A stretch of 64,000 nucleotides of DNA from a virus: IMG/VR virus record IMGVR_UViG_3300024966_000001, positions 1 to 64,000 of that record; one strand, 5' to 3'. Position 1 is the stretch's first letter. Each line of letters starts with the position of its first letter. This document shows positions 26,946 through 37,107 of this stretch, piece by piece. The notes under the pieces are model-generated. The model saw only the letters and a program-made list of their open reading frames with translations, was not told where the DNA came from and did not search any database. The position numbers and the translations under genes were made by a program.

Positions 26946-27368
26946 ATGAATATTGTGAAATTAGGCGCTCCTTCCCTAACCGGGAAGGACGCAAACGATT
27001 TAGTGGCAGAAGCTTTCAAAGATGCCGCATTCCCATTACAGATTAAAGCAACGAATTTAGTTGCTCATCCGCTGAGCTTTCCTGAAGTGTCCGGTATGTA
27101 TTTGGATCCTTGCACGCATGGCGACAAAGCGACCGTAGTGGTCACCGTGACAAGCAACGACGCGCTGCAAAGACTGGCTTCCAGTATCGAGCAAATCGCG
27201 GAATTGAATCATCATGAGGCAATGCTGGAGCTGTCGGCATATGACGCCGAAGCGAAATTGGTTGACGAAGCGTCGGAAGAGCAACCGGAAGTAGACGCTA
27301 CCGGTTCCGATACTGATACAGCCGAAGCGGGTGACAAAAAAACTCGTTCTGCAAAATCAAAAATCTAA
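26946..27368 (+). CDS. Hypothetical virion-associated protein
   Basis: AGGAG RBS; lies between capsid and sheath. Confidence 0.7.
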   Translation: MNIVKLGAPSLTGKDANDLVAEAFKDAAFPLQIKATNLVAHPLSFPEVSGMYLDPCTHGDKATVVVTVTSNDALQRLASSIEQIAELNHHEAMLELSAYDAEAKLVDEASEEQPEVDATGSDTDTAEAGDKKTRSAKSKI

Positions 27369-27382
27369 CTGGAGTTTAGGCT

Positions 27383-29230
27383 ATGACAACCGCTTTTGTT
27401 AGGCAATTAGGTGCGGAAGCGGGTGTTCAGCTGAACCCGTTACGCGACAATTCAGAAATACCGACACAGGACAATTACGATCAGGTGTTTGGAATCATGA
27501 TGCGGGCCACACGCGGACGCATCGATAAACCGTTTAAAGTTAACCGTGCCAACGTAGCAAGTAAGCTCGGCAAGGGCGAACAAATCCGCGTTTCAGCGTT
27601 AAATGAAGCGTGGGTGCATGTGGTCGAGGCGTTAAACAATGGCGCTTATGAGGCCGTTGTTCAGCGCCTGATAACTTCGTCAGCGGTAATTAAGTACGCC
27701 GTCTGCTACATGGGTTCTGGTTTGGTTTTGGGTACGCCGGTTGTTTCCAGCGGTGCCGTTACCAGCATTCCGATTACCAGTGGCGGTACCGGTTACGGCG
27801 TTGCACCTGACATCACTATTACTGGCGTTGGAACAGGGGCATCGGCAACGGCAACTGTTGTTGCCGGTGTGGTTACCGCGCTGACCATAGTGGGCGGAAC
27901 CGGTTATACCTCAGCTCCGACTGTCACTGTAGCAGATACGCCTAAATTTTTGGCCGAAACGGCGTTACCCAGCATCCCATACCTGTTTGCCGTTAAGCAT
28001 CTTGAATGCTTTAACGACGGCATTAAAGTTGATTTTAGGGCGGATGAAAAACGCTCTGGCGGCGTCAGTGCTGCCAACGATCAAATCACGCTGATTATCA
28101 GGGATATTGACGGCAATGCGCTGTATGAGTTTACCGGTTCGCTAAGTTCTACGGCACAGGATGATTATAACAATTCGGCCTATCTGGCTGATGTTGTATC
28201 GGGCAGGACCGATGCTGTCGAGGTGACTGTTGGCTTGCTGGGCACGATTCCGACTACATCAACCGCATATGGCTACAGCGACACGACCGGTCAGCCCAAT
28301 TGGGCAAAATCCGGCACGCTGGCTTGCTTTACCGAGGGCGGTACCGGTTATTCGACATCCGATTACTCGGCTGCGCGAGTAAAACTGCAATATTCGCCTC
28401 AGAATTATGCCTATATCAGTTCTGGCGGCTCTCAGTCGGCGGCATTATTGGCACAGCTGGCGCAATTGTCATTTGATACCAACAGACAGCTAAGATTAGA
28501 CGTGCCCGGCGGACTTACTGTGGACGCAGCCATTACATTCGTTGAGCAGTTAAACATGGGGGCAAGCCAGACATCGCATTTGATGCATCAGTTTTGGCCT
28601 TTGTTTAAGTCTGATGACCCTACAGGCATCAACGGTAAGGGATATTACGGAACGGCAACACTGAATATTGCTTATGCCTGTGCGCGTAACGCTCAAACCA
28701 ATGCTAAGGGATTTGCGCCAAAGAACTATCCGATAGCTGGTAAGCAATGGCCAGTAAGGCGCACAGGTATTGTTCATGATGCACGGCCTTCTGATCAGGA
28801 TTTAAACGCCCTGGCCAGAGCCAAGATCAACCCTGTTATGTTTGAAACTTACACCGGTGGCGGCCGTACTGTGTTTCGCGATTCTTTAACTGCGGCACAG
28901 GTTGAATCAAGCTCGAAAAAACTGATCGCTGTTGCAGACATGTCTTCGTCAATTGATGATGCCGTGACCCGGTTTAGCAACGACGCGTTGCAGCTGCCGA
29001 TGGATATTGCAGTGAAGCGCACCAAGGATTATCTGAAGGCGTTATTTGAAGGCGCTCAGGCGGCTGGCTGGATTGTTCCATCGTCTGATCCGAGCATGAA
29101 TGGTGCTGCGTTTATCTATGAGGTCAAGCCAAATGATGTAAGGCCGTATGACCGTATGGATGTGAGCTATGGCTTGCGCTACGACGGCACCGTAAGGCAA
29201 ATTTTTGTAACTCAAACGCTACCCAAATAA
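27383..29230 (+). CDS. Contractile tail sheath protein (P1 gp22-like)
   Basis: [24 protein letters not shown]-terminal [18 protein letters not shown]. Confidence 0.8.
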   Translation: MTTAFVRQLGAEAGVQLNPLRDNSEIPTQDNYDQVFGIMMRATRGRIDKPFKVNRANVASKLGKGEQIRVSALNEAWVHVVEALNNGAYEAVVQRLITSSAVIKYAVCYMGSGLVLGTPVVSSGAVTSIPITSGGTGYGVAPDITITGVGTGASATATVVAGVVTALTIVGGTGYTSAPTVTVADTPKFLAETALPSIPYLFAVKHLECFNDGIKVDFRADEKRSGGVSAANDQITLIIRDIDGNALYEFTGSLSSTAQDDYNNSAYLADVVSGRTDAVEVTVGLLGTIPTTSTAYGYSDTTGQPNWAKSGTLACFTEGGTGYSTSDYSAARVKLQYSPQNYAYISSGGSQSAALLAQLAQLSFDTNRQLRLDVPGGLTVDAAITFVEQLNMGASQTSHLMHQFWPLFKSDDPTGINGKGYYGTATLNIAYACARNAQTNAKGFAPKNYPIAGKQWPVRRTGIVHDARPSDQDLNALARAKINPVMFETYTGGGRTVFRDSLTAAQVESSSKKLIAVADMSSSIDDAVTRFSNDALQLPMDIAVKRTKDYLKALFEGAQAAGWIVPSSDPSMNGAAFIYEVKPNDVRPYDRMDVSYGLRYDGTVRQIFVTQTLPK

Positions 29231-29243
29231 GGGGCAATAAAAA

Positions 29244-29933
29244 ATGAACGACTTTTTACGAGAAATGCTGAAGCCTAAAAAAGCGGCCAAAAACAAACCG
29301 GCTTTGGATGGCTGCGGCGAGGATAAAGACAAGGAAATGCCGGTTCTGGATGGCGCTGTTGATTACACAACGGCCGACATTTCGCTGAAGTCAGTGGCGG
29401 CGGTACAGCAATGGGTTGAAACCGATGACCTTGACGAAGGCGAAACTTTGGTCGACCGCCTGATGAATATGTTTGTCGGCATTGCCGACGCCAATAAAGA
29501 CGGCGAAATCAGTGAAGACGAGCAGGGCGTAGTTGATATTGCCCTGAACGAAGCCTGGGGTTATCTGGAGCAGTACGGCGTTGCAGAGGACGATATTTCA
29601 GCGTTACTGAACGACTGGGATAACGATGCCGCTGAACGCATTCGCGATTTACTGGCCGCGTCTTTGCCGGAAGGCGAAGCGGCCGATGCTGATATTGACG
29701 GCTTTGTTTTCGGTAGCGGCGATCAAGAGCCAGCCCTGGATGCTGTCTATAAAAAGACCATGGCAGTCCGTGACGGCAAAAAAGTCAGAATCAATAAGCG
29801 TATCAGTGGAACTGTTAGGCTTTCAGCCAAGCAAAAAATAGCTATCCGCAAGGCCGGAATGAAATCGCATAGCGCAATGGCAATGATGCATCGCGCTAAA
29901 TCAATGAAAGTCCGCAAAAGAACCGGGCTGTAA
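29244..29933 (+). CDS. Prohead core/scaffold-like protein
   Basis: Acidic body with a basic tail ending RAKSMKVRKRTGL, reminiscent of T4 gp68. Confidence 0.55.
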   Translation: MNDFLREMLKPKKAAKNKPALDGCGEDKDKEMPVLDGAVDYTTADISLKSVAAVQQWVETDDLDEGETLVDRLMNMFVGIADANKDGEISEDEQGVVDIALNEAWGYLEQYGVAEDDISALLNDWDNDAAERIRDLLAASLPEGEAADADIDGFVFGSGDQEPALDAVYKKTMAVRDGKKVRINKRISGTVRLSAKQKIAIRKAGMKSHSAMAMMHRAKSMKVRKRTGL

Positions 29934-29935
29934 TT

Positions 29936-30655
29936 GTGGCTGAGCCGCCGCTGTCATCCTTATGGGACGGGCTATCGCCGCATCTGATCGCCTCGTTCTA
30001 TGAAGTTAATCGTGACGGCTCTCGCGTTAATTACGACTTGACCGTTAAAGCGCCGTTGATGGATGTCAATATCGACGTGACGCAGAACTGGCAAAGCCCT
30101 TTTGAGAATGTAGGGCAAAGCAATTTCCCTACGTTGCAGCAATTGTTACAGAGCGGAGCCGCTTTACCGTTAGCGCAAATAGCGGATGACAAATTAGGCA
30201 CGGATCTTAAGAGGCTGGTTGCATCCGTCGATGGCAAGAGCAGCGTAACCAAGCTGAACTCTATTCAGGTATGGAGCGGCGCGCCGCCGGCAAAAATTCA
30301 AGGCACGGCGGTTTTTCGCGCCTGGAAAGATGCCGTGTCAGAAGTTGAAAACCCTGTCGATCAACTCATGAAGTGGTCCTTGCCAGTTAATCTGGCCGCT
30401 GACGGGTTAATTTTTTCCAGGCTTGCCGACAAAGGCGCGAGCGTGGATACCGTGCTTCCGTCCGAAGTGCCAGTGCTGATCGCCATGAAATACAAAAACA
30501 GAACTTATTCGCCAATGGTTATCGAATCCATAGGTATGCCGTTGTCCAGCCCGGTTAATGCCGATGGCCGGTATGTTGAGTTATCCGTGCCAATTACGCT
30601 CTGCACTTTAACCGCCATTGACCGGTCAGACTGGATCAACTACACAAAAATCTAA
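29936..30655 (+). CDS. Baseplate/tail-tube-initiator-like protein
   Basis: NWQSPFE, QVWSG, YSPMVIESI; tail gene context. Confidence 0.55.
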   Translation: MAEPPLSSLWDGLSPHLIASFYEVNRDGSRVNYDLTVKAPLMDVNIDVTQNWQSPFENVGQSNFPTLQQLLQSGAALPLAQIADDKLGTDLKRLVASVDGKSSVTKLNSIQVWSGAPPAKIQGTAVFRAWKDAVSEVENPVDQLMKWSLPVNLAADGLIFSRLADKGASVDTVLPSEVPVLIAMKYKNRTYSPMVIESIGMPLSSPVNADGRYVELSVPITLCTLTAIDRSDWINYTKI

Positions 30656-30669
30656 CAAGGTATAGCGTC

Positions 30670-31446
30670 TTGAAACACTTTCCCATCCTGAGAACCCGGC
30701 GATTAACGGTACAGCTCAAAGAGCTGAGTATCGGTGACGCTATTGCAATTGCCAATATGCCTGAGCACATGGCAGAGGCTGAACTCGCTGCATTTATTCG
30801 CTGCATAACCGCCGAAGTAACGGCCGGACCGACTGATCCGGCAGACTGGACCGTGCAGGAACGAACATTGGTTGTTTCTCATTATTTAGCATCCGTAGTC
30901 GATGATGGCCCGGACTTTTCATTAGGCGCTGGTAAATACTCGGATTACCTGGACGGTGCCGCCGATATATCGCTGGCGTTTACGCAAGTGCCTATTGGCG
31001 AAGTAGGCGGAGACCGGTGGGAAATAAGACACTTAACCGGCGCAATGGCGGAATCTATCGAGCGGCTACAGGGTGAAATCGACCGGCTTGAATCGAGGCT
31101 GCACTGGATTGTCGGCGCTATGGCCGCGCAATTAACAAGGTCCGGGGAAGAAATACCGGAGCTATCGGCAGACGGTGGCTATGATGAATGGCTTTTAGGG
31201 CGCATTAATATCCTGATTGGATTCCCTGAAAGCGACTTTGAGAAGTTGATGGGCAGCTATCAGGCGGGGCGCGAAAAGCTGCATCATCTATTCGCCTTTA
31301 CCTTTGATGATGGCGGTATTGTTATCTTGCCGAAACAAGGAGGTGCGGAAGGATTACCTCCCGCACGATTTCCGGTACGCACCTGCTTGTCAAAACTCGC
31401 GTGCTCAATGGCGGGAAAACCTAACGGATTTGGCAGTCAGCCTTAG
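30670..31446 (+). CDS. Tail/baseplate assembly chaperone-like protein
   Basis: LKELSIGDAI, WTVQER; tail gene context. Confidence 0.55.
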   Translation: MKHFPILRTRRLTVQLKELSIGDAIAIANMPEHMAEAELAAFIRCITAEVTAGPTDPADWTVQERTLVVSHYLASVVDDGPDFSLGAGKYSDYLDGAADISLAFTQVPIGEVGGDRWEIRHLTGAMAESIERLQGEIDRLESRLHWIVGAMAAQLTRSGEEIPELSADGGYDEWLLGRINILIGFPESDFEKLMGSYQAGREKLHHLFAFTFDDGGIVILPKQGGAEGLPPARFPVRTCLSKLACSMAGKPNGFGSQP

Positions 31447-31648
31447 TTTATATTCGTCAACGTCGCTTAATGATGCACTAAATTTGCCGGTTTCCATAGC
31501 AATGCGGTTTTTCGAATCAAAGCCGTTTTCGGACTGGAAAAAATCAAGAGAATCTGAAAACAAAATACAGGTAGCCATCATCGACAGGCTGAACGGGGTC
31601 ATTAGGTCGTTCGGAGTTTTTGCAAAAGCAATCGCGGGGAGGAGATAA
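31304..31648 (+). CDS. Small tail-assembly ORF overlapping the upstream gene; start uncertain
   Basis: LNLPVSIAMRFFESKPFSDWKK; no clear RBS plus ATG. Confidence 0.5.
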   Translation: MMMAVLLSCRNKEVRKDYLPHDFRYAPACQNSRAQWRENLTDLAVSLSLYSSTSLNDALNLPVSIAMRFFESKPFSDWKKSRESENKIQVAIIDRLNGVIRSFGVFAKAIAGRR

Positions 31649-31650
31649 AT

Positions 31651-31824
31651 ATGACATTAGGTATAGATTTTAGTCAACGTACAACAAGACTTGGCGCTCT
31701 AGTGTTGCTGGGCGTTGTTATAGCACTGCTTTTTTTGGCATTCAGCACGCCTGAAAAAGCCTTTGCCGTCATGACGATCATTGGAACTGCATCTGGACTA
31801 TTGGGTCTGGCAGTAAAAGACTAA
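31651..31824 (+). CDS. Putative holin (57 aa, two TM helices)
   Basis: GGAGGAG RBS; MTLGIDFSQRTTRLGALVLLGVVIALLFLAFSTPEKAFAVMTIIGTASGLLGLAVKD*. Confidence 0.7.
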   Translation: MTLGIDFSQRTTRLGALVLLGVVIALLFLAFSTPEKAFAVMTIIGTASGLLGLAVKD

Positions 31825-32324
31825 TGCCAATCATGACCGAGGTTAAGTTAGTCGTATTGGCGTTATCCGCGGCTTCCATTTTTGGGGCTGGATTTGGACT
31901 TTCGCATAAAATCGATGAGGCTAAAATTCAGCGCATGGAGTTTGGTATTTTGATGGCTAACAATGAGGCGAAATCACTGCTTCAGTTAGCCTCAGAACGA
32001 GCGGAAACGGCCACGGCCAATGCAAAAAAGTTAAATTCAGAGTTGGATGAAGCCCATGAAGCATTTATTAAAACTGCTGTTGATTACGATCAGCAGCTTG
32101 ATTCTATCCGCTTGTACGCCGACCGTAGGCCGTGTGGTTCTGGCGCCGCGACAGCAAGTAATTCTACCGGAATTTCTCAAGAAGCCGCCCGTGAAGCCGA
32201 ACTTGACTCAGAAATTGATAGAACTATCAAAGAGGCGGCAGTTGTTGCGGACATTGCCGCCGACTACGCTCACAACGCCTACACGTTCGCCAATGTAAAT
32301 AACTGCGGAATACTAAGGGAATGA
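31824..32324 (+). CDS. Rz-like inner-membrane spanin
   Basis: N-terminal TM plus coiled coil, with a nested lipoprotein ORF. Confidence 0.75.
   Translation: MPIMTEVKLVVLALSAASIFGAGFGLSHKIDEAKIQRMEFGILMANNEAKSLLQLASERAETATANAKKLNSELDEAHEAFIKTAVDYDQQLDSIRLYADRRPCGSGAATASNSTGISQEAAREAELDSEIDRTIKEAAVVADIAADYAHNAYTFANVNNCGILRE
32047..32298 (+). CDS. Rz1-like outer-membrane lipoprotein spanin
   Basis: Nested in the +1 frame; lipobox LSAC; Pro-rich. Confidence 0.7.
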   Translation: MKPMKHLLKLLLITISSLILSACTPTVGRVVLAPRQQVILPEFLKKPPVKPNLTQKLIELSKRRQLLRTLPPTTLTTPTRSPM

Positions 32325-32569
32325 ATATGCCAAGTGATGAATGTAGAATTGCAAAACTTGAACAGCGCATGGATGGTTTGTGCCGTGAACGCAATGAAGA
32401 TAAAGCCGAAACCAAAGATCTGATCGATAAAATATTCGCCAAGCTTGATGCGATTCTCGATACACAATCAAAACAAAAAGGATTCTGGTCTGGAGTGGCT
32501 TTTATCCTATCTGCGATAGCAGGATCATTCGGCATTATTATATATTTTGTAACGGGGAAGTCGGCATGA
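32321..32569 (+). CDS. Coiled-coil plus C-terminal TM protein (holin/XhlA-like)
   Basis: Immediately upstream of the endolysin. Confidence 0.6.
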   Translation: MNMPSDECRIAKLEQRMDGLCRERNEDKAETKDLIDKIFAKLDAILDTQSKQKGFWSGVAFILSAIAGSFGIIIYFVTGKSA

Positions 32570-32979
32570 TAAACAGCAGAAACATTAATGATTTAACGAC
32601 AAAGGCTGCCGACTTGTGTTACTTGTTTATCGCTAAATGCGCCAAGCAGGGAATTGACGTTATCGTTACCAGCACCTATCGCGACGCCGATTCTCAAAAT
32701 GCTTTGTACGCTCAAGGACGCACAAAGCCAGGGCCTAAAGTAACAAATGCTAAAGCTGGAGAATCCTTTCATAACTACCGTGTTGCTTTTGACTTTTGCC
32801 CAATTGTCAACGGCAAGGCAGCCTGGAACGATACCATGTTGTTTGAGCGTTGCGGTGAGATAGCCGAATCAATCGGCCTGGAGTGGGCTGGACGCTGGAA
32901 GTCATTTAAAGAGCTGGCGCATTGTCAAATGAGCGGCTACACGCTTGCCGAATTAAAGGCAGGAAAGGCGGTTGTTTAA
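32566..32979 (+). CDS. M15-family peptidase endolysin
   Basis: STYRD...QNALYAQGRT...SFHNYRVAFD...WAGRW...ELAHCQ. Confidence 0.92.
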   Translation: MINSRNINDLTTKAADLCYLFIAKCAKQGIDVIVTSTYRDADSQNALYAQGRTKPGPKVTNAKAGESFHNYRVAFDFCPIVNGKAAWNDTMLFERCGEIAESIGLEWAGRWKSFKELAHCQMSGYTLAELKAGKAVV

Positions 32980-32982
32980 TTT

Positions 32983-33345
32983 ATGAGTCAATTATCTGCA
33001 ATTTTGCGAGATACCGAAGGCAACGGGATTATGTTCTGGTGCCCCGGTTGTGATGGCGCTCACCGTATCCAGCATGGCGCTGGTACTGGGCCGCGCTGGG
33101 GTTGGAACGGCGATACTGAAAAGCCAACGTTTACACCTTCTGTTTTGGTTAACGCTACTGAGCTGACCGAAAAAGGCGAACAAGAGCGTCGGGATTGGGT
33201 TGATGCCGGTTATCCGAAGCTTGAAAAACCTTTAGACTCGGTACCGACTGTTTGTCACTCATTCGTAACCGATGGAAACATCCAATTCTTAACTGATAGC
33301 ACTCATTCGCTGTCCGGACAAACCGTACCATTGCCAGAGTGGTAA
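32983..33345 (+). CDS. DUF6527-like protein
   Basis: FWCPGC...WGWNGDTEKPTFTPSVL...CHSFVTDGNIQFLTDSTH. Confidence 0.75.
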   Translation: MSQLSAILRDTEGNGIMFWCPGCDGAHRIQHGAGTGPRWGWNGDTEKPTFTPSVLVNATELTEKGEQERRDWVDAGYPKLEKPLDSVPTVCHSFVTDGNIQFLTDSTHSLSGQTVPLPEW

Positions 33346-33455
33346 AAATCGCCATAATCCTGTGCGAAAACCCTATGCATCAACTCTAATTAGGGCAATC
33401 AATCCAGGCTGCCGTGGGCGATTTAATACGCGGCAGACAAATATTAGTAACACTC

Positions 33456-33495
33456 GGAAAACCCCACCAAAACCAAAAAATTCACATAATAAAGT
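33456..33495 (+). promoter_or_regulatory. Late-type promoter motif copy 4
   Basis: GGAAAAC-N27-TAAAGT. Confidence 0.7.
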
Positions 33496-33527
33496 TATGG
33501 CACATTTTCAATTACTGGAATACCGCC

Positions 33528-34028
33528 ATGACCATCAGCAACGCCGCTTACTTGAAAATCTTTCACGATACCGCAAAAGCAAGCGGCGCGAAGGCTATTT
33601 CATCTGACTTTTCTTTCGAGATTGAAGGGTTTGAAGCCAACTGGATACTGACCAAGCAATGCCCTTGGCCGGTAGTTTCCACCGCTGGCGAAATTGAAGT
33701 ACCCATGCCGCTGGGATCAACCGGATGGGAAATGCAGCAAGCCAAGGTTAATCAGCAAGGGGCCATTGCCTTTATGGAAACCACCGTGGGCAGTATTGAT
33801 CAGATGATGGTCAATTTAATCGCTCAAGGCGGCAAGTTCAACGCCAAAATCTATGAAGGAACTCCGCAGAAATTCTTGCGGGCAAAGCGTATTGAAGATT
33901 GTTACATTCAGCTCGATAACGCAGACCGTGATTGGGAAAACCGTTCGCAAATTTTAATGTTCAGCGGAACCCTGTTTTTCCACTATTTTGGAGAAATTAT
34001 TCAAGGCAATTCCAACGATTACCGCTAA
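33528..34028 (+). CDS. Tail tube protein (P1 BplB/Tub-like)
   Basis: 166 aa; EIEVPMPLG, FMETTVG, tube-like beta pattern. Confidence 0.6.
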   Translation: MTISNAAYLKIFHDTAKASGAKAISSDFSFEIEGFEANWILTKQCPWPVVSTAGEIEVPMPLGSTGWEMQQAKVNQQGAIAFMETTVGSIDQMMVNLIAQGGKFNAKIYEGTPQKFLRAKRIEDCYIQLDNADRDWENRSQILMFSGTLFFHYFGEIIQGNSNDYR

Positions 34029-34064
34029 TTTTATTTTTAACTTACTTAAAGAGGATTAAATCTC

Positions 34065-34427
34065 ATGCCAGGACCAAATGATTCACCGGCTTATATTGGA
34101 CCAATCTCCGTTCCTCCTGGAGCAACAGGCGACTTGGTTCCACAGCGCCAAGAAATTGATGCGGAATTTACAAAGAAAACCGGGCTTGTTATTTCCGAGG
34201 CGGCAAATGGCAAGCAGGGCGTAGCAACATTAGTAGCTGGAACCCAGGTGGTTTCAAATACCAGTATCACGGCAAACAGCCGCATCTTTTTGACCACCAA
34301 CACGCCAGGCGGTACACCGGGTTGGTTACAGGTTTCCGCAAGAACAGCCGGAACAAACTTTACAATTTTATCTAGCAGCAATACCGATACCAGTGTTGTT
34401 GCTTATGAAATTTTCGAGCCAGCTTAA
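34065..34427 (+). CDS. Virion decoration/fibre-like protein
   Basis: GVATLVAGTQVVSNTSITANSRIFLT...FTILSS. Confidence 0.65.
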   Translation: MPGPNDSPAYIGPISVPPGATGDLVPQRQEIDAEFTKKTGLVISEAANGKQGVATLVAGTQVVSNTSITANSRIFLTTNTPGGTPGWLQVSARTAGTNFTILSSSNTDTSVVAYEIFEPA

Positions 34428-34447
34428 GTAAATGACAACTACTGGCA

Positions 34448-34762
34448 ATGGCGTTTCTTAAAATAAAACAAGGTGAGTCATTTACTCTGAATGGGCGGTA
34501 TTTGGAGGATGATGGGATTACCTCTAAATCACTGGACGGAGTAACACTGAAAAGCCAGATAAGGCTTGAAAGCAAACTAATATCGACCTTGACAGTTACA
34601 GTACTTAATTCAGCGGAAGGCACTTACAGGCTCGATGCAGTAGAAGGCACCGCAAATTGGCCTGTCGGCACTTTATCTTGGGATATAAAAGAACGGGTAT
34701 TAGGGGTTGATAGGCTAACGGAAACCCATCAGATCAGCGTAAAAAAAGCGGTTACGATATGA
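34448..34762 (+). CDS. BppU-N-like adaptor protein
   Basis: IKQGESF...SQIR...TANWPVG...WDI. Confidence 0.6.
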   Translation: MAFLKIKQGESFTLNGRYLEDDGITSKSLDGVTLKSQIRLESKLISTLTVTVLNSAEGTYRLDAVEGTANWPVGTLSWDIKERVLGVDRLTETHQISVKKAVTI

Positions 34763-35238
34763 GCATGCATAGATTTGCCATCCCCCCATCATCAACTATT
34801 CAGGTAGTCGGTGGGGGGGCGGGTAATGTTGTAGTATTTTCATCTTTTTCGCCACCACCAGGCCTTAGTGCGTATCAGATCGCCGTTAAAAACGGCTTTA
34901 TAGGTGGCGAAGCTGAATGGCTGGTGTCGTTATCCGGTCCGGCAGGTAATCCATCGGGTAGCGATATAGATGCGCTGCTAGAGCAAAGGTTATCCGATTT
35001 GGCCGCTGCGGTCGCCATTGATATAGCCGACCTCAATCAAAAAACAGCCAAGTATGAACACCATCAAGCGACACCGGAAGTGCAATGGGTGGCGCAGCAC
35101 AACTTGAACAAAATACCAAGTATTACCGTGCTTGACTCGGCGGGGAGCGAAGTGGAAGGGGACTACAGCTACCCTTCATTGGATCAAACACATCTACAAT
35201 TTTCCTCACCGTTTGGTGGGGTGGCTTACTTTAAATAA
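34759..35238 (+). CDS. Fibre-associated structural protein
   Basis: GLSAYQIAVKNGFIGGEAEWLVSL, WVAQHNLNKIPSITV. Confidence 0.7.
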   Translation: MSMHRFAIPPSSTIQVVGGGAGNVVVFSSFSPPPGLSAYQIAVKNGFIGGEAEWLVSLSGPAGNPSGSDIDALLEQRLSDLAAAVAIDIADLNQKTAKYEHHQATPEVQWVAQHNLNKIPSITVLDSAGSEVEGDYSYPSLDQTHLQFSSPFGGVAYFK

Positions 35239-35247
35239 GGATCAATC

Positions 35248-36345
35248 ATGGCGAAGAAACTGCTGACCAATTTGGATCTCAATAAAAACGAACTGCAAAA
35301 TGCCAGGACTCAGAATTTAGCGGCGCCCCCAGGTGCCCCCGTCGCGGGTTTGCGCTACCACGATACCCTTTTACTGTCTGAGCATTTTTACAACGGAACC
35401 AGCTGGGTGCCGTGCGATGCGCGACTCCGTAACGGCATCCCTATAACCAATTTAGCCACCGACCCGCTGGCCCGAGGCAATCATACCGGCACTCAAGTCG
35501 CTTCGACTATTTCCGACTTGGCTACGGTTGTGCAGACTTATCGACTTGATCAGTTTGCAATGCCGACCGCGTCTGTCGCTTTTAATGGACAGAAAATTAC
35601 CGGCTTAGGGACTCCGACGGCGGGCTCCAATGATGCCGCCCGTATTGTGGATGTTGAGAACGCCGTCCAGTCGTCGGCTGCGGGGATTGACTCCAAGCCG
35701 TCGGTGCGGGTGGTCTCGGTTGCCAACATCGCCACCTTGTCCGGATTACCTACTATCGATGGCATTACATTGCTATCAGGGGAGCGCATCTTGTTGACGG
35801 GACAGACGACTTCAGCCCAGAACGGCCCGTATTCCGTGGCAGCGGGGGCCTGGTCGCGCGTGGTCGATGCCGATCAAACCGGAGAAGTCACCCCTGGCGC
35901 ATTTTGGATGATAGAAGAAGGTACGCTGTACAATAAGACTCAATGGCGGTGCGGCAACTCCGGGGCCATTACATTAGGCACTACGGCCATCACTATCACC
36001 CAATTTGGTGCGGCCAGTATGTACACGGGGGGCGCAGGTCTAGTGCTGACCGGTGTGGATTTCTCTGTCGGCCAAGGCGCAGGCATTATTGTTGCGGACG
36101 ATACGGTCAGTATCGATACCGCTGTCGTGGTCCGCAAGTATGCAGCAACGATTGGCGACGGCGCAGCTACTTCGATCACTGTCACGCACAGTCTTAACAC
36201 GCAAGATGTTACTTACAGTATTCGCGAGGTGGCGACTAATAGTATGGTGGATTGCGACGTGCAAGCTAACGGGGTTAATACGGTAGTGCTCACCTTCGCC
36301 AGCGCCCCGGCTAATAACTCATTACGTGTTGTGGTGCATGGCTAA
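35248..36345 (+). CDS. Head or tail fibre-like structural protein
   Basis: ARGNHTGTQ, KITGLGTPT, KPSVRVV...QNGPY, ITVTHSLNT. Confidence 0.75.
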   Translation: MAKKLLTNLDLNKNELQNARTQNLAAPPGAPVAGLRYHDTLLLSEHFYNGTSWVPCDARLRNGIPITNLATDPLARGNHTGTQVASTISDLATVVQTYRLDQFAMPTASVAFNGQKITGLGTPTAGSNDAARIVDVENAVQSSAAGIDSKPSVRVVSVANIATLSGLPTIDGITLLSGERILLTGQTTSAQNGPYSVAAGAWSRVVDADQTGEVTPGAFWMIEEGTLYNKTQWRCGNSGAITLGTTAITITQFGAASMYTGGAGLVLTGVDFSVGQGAGIIVADDTVSIDTAVVVRKYAATIGDGAATSITVTHSLNTQDVTYSIREVATNSMVDCDVQANGVNTVVLTFASAPANNSLRVVVHG

Positions 36346-37082
36346 TGAAGAGCTTATCGTATAAAACAGCTCCTAGTATTGCGACTTTGCCTGAAGCAAT
36401 TAGTGCGTTGGCAGGAGCTATCGCCAGGCTAACTAACAATAACCGTCCATTTTGGTGTACAGGTTCGACGTGGATTGACCTAATGCCGGTACCCGGCGAA
36501 ATACGCATGTACGCCGGAGCCTCCGCCCCGGAAGGCTGGTTGATCTGCGATGGATCGCAAATACTGATAGCGACGTACCCGGCACTGGCCGCTGCGATCG
36601 GCACCACGTACGGAGGTAATGGCACGACGCACGTGGCGCTGCCCGATTTGCGTGGTCGCATGGCGATGGGCGCGAGCACCGCACATGCCCTTGGAGCTAC
36701 AGGCGGGGCAGAGTCAGCTACCCTGACTACCGCGCAAGTGCCGCTGGCTGCGCATACGCACACGGCTACGTTTACACCCGGCGCGGATGTTTCGGTTAAT
36801 ATCGCTATCCCTGCGGTTTCCGGCGCTGACGCAACAACCAATTCACCCGGTACAGGAGTAAACCTTGGCGTAGGCTTGGCGGATCTTAACGGTGTTGGAG
36901 CCGGTACCGGGCCAGCCAATATTTACAGCACCAGCGCAGCGAATACCACATTGAAACCGTTTTCGGTGTCGGTGCCTGCCAGCTCCGGTACGGTTGCGGT
37001 CAACGCCAACACTGCATCGTCCGCAAGCCCCGTTTCGCTACTGAACCCGTTCTGTGCGCTGAATTTCATTATTGCTACATGA
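36345..37082 (+). CDS. Tail collar domain protein
   Basis: GEIRMYAG...PEGWLICDG...YGGNGTTHVALPDLRGR...LNFIIA. Confidence 0.9.
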   Translation: MKSLSYKTAPSIATLPEAISALAGAIARLTNNNRPFWCTGSTWIDLMPVPGEIRMYAGASAPEGWLICDGSQILIATYPALAAAIGTTYGGNGTTHVALPDLRGRMAMGASTAHALGATGGAESATLTTAQVPLAAHTHTATFTPGADVSVNIAIPAVSGADATTNSPGTGVNLGVGLADLNGVGAGTGPANIYSTSAANTTLKPFSVSVPASSGTVAVNANTASSASPVSLLNPFCALNFIIAT

Positions 37083-37107
37083 AAGAACGTGGTGAAAAGG
37101 AAGTAAA

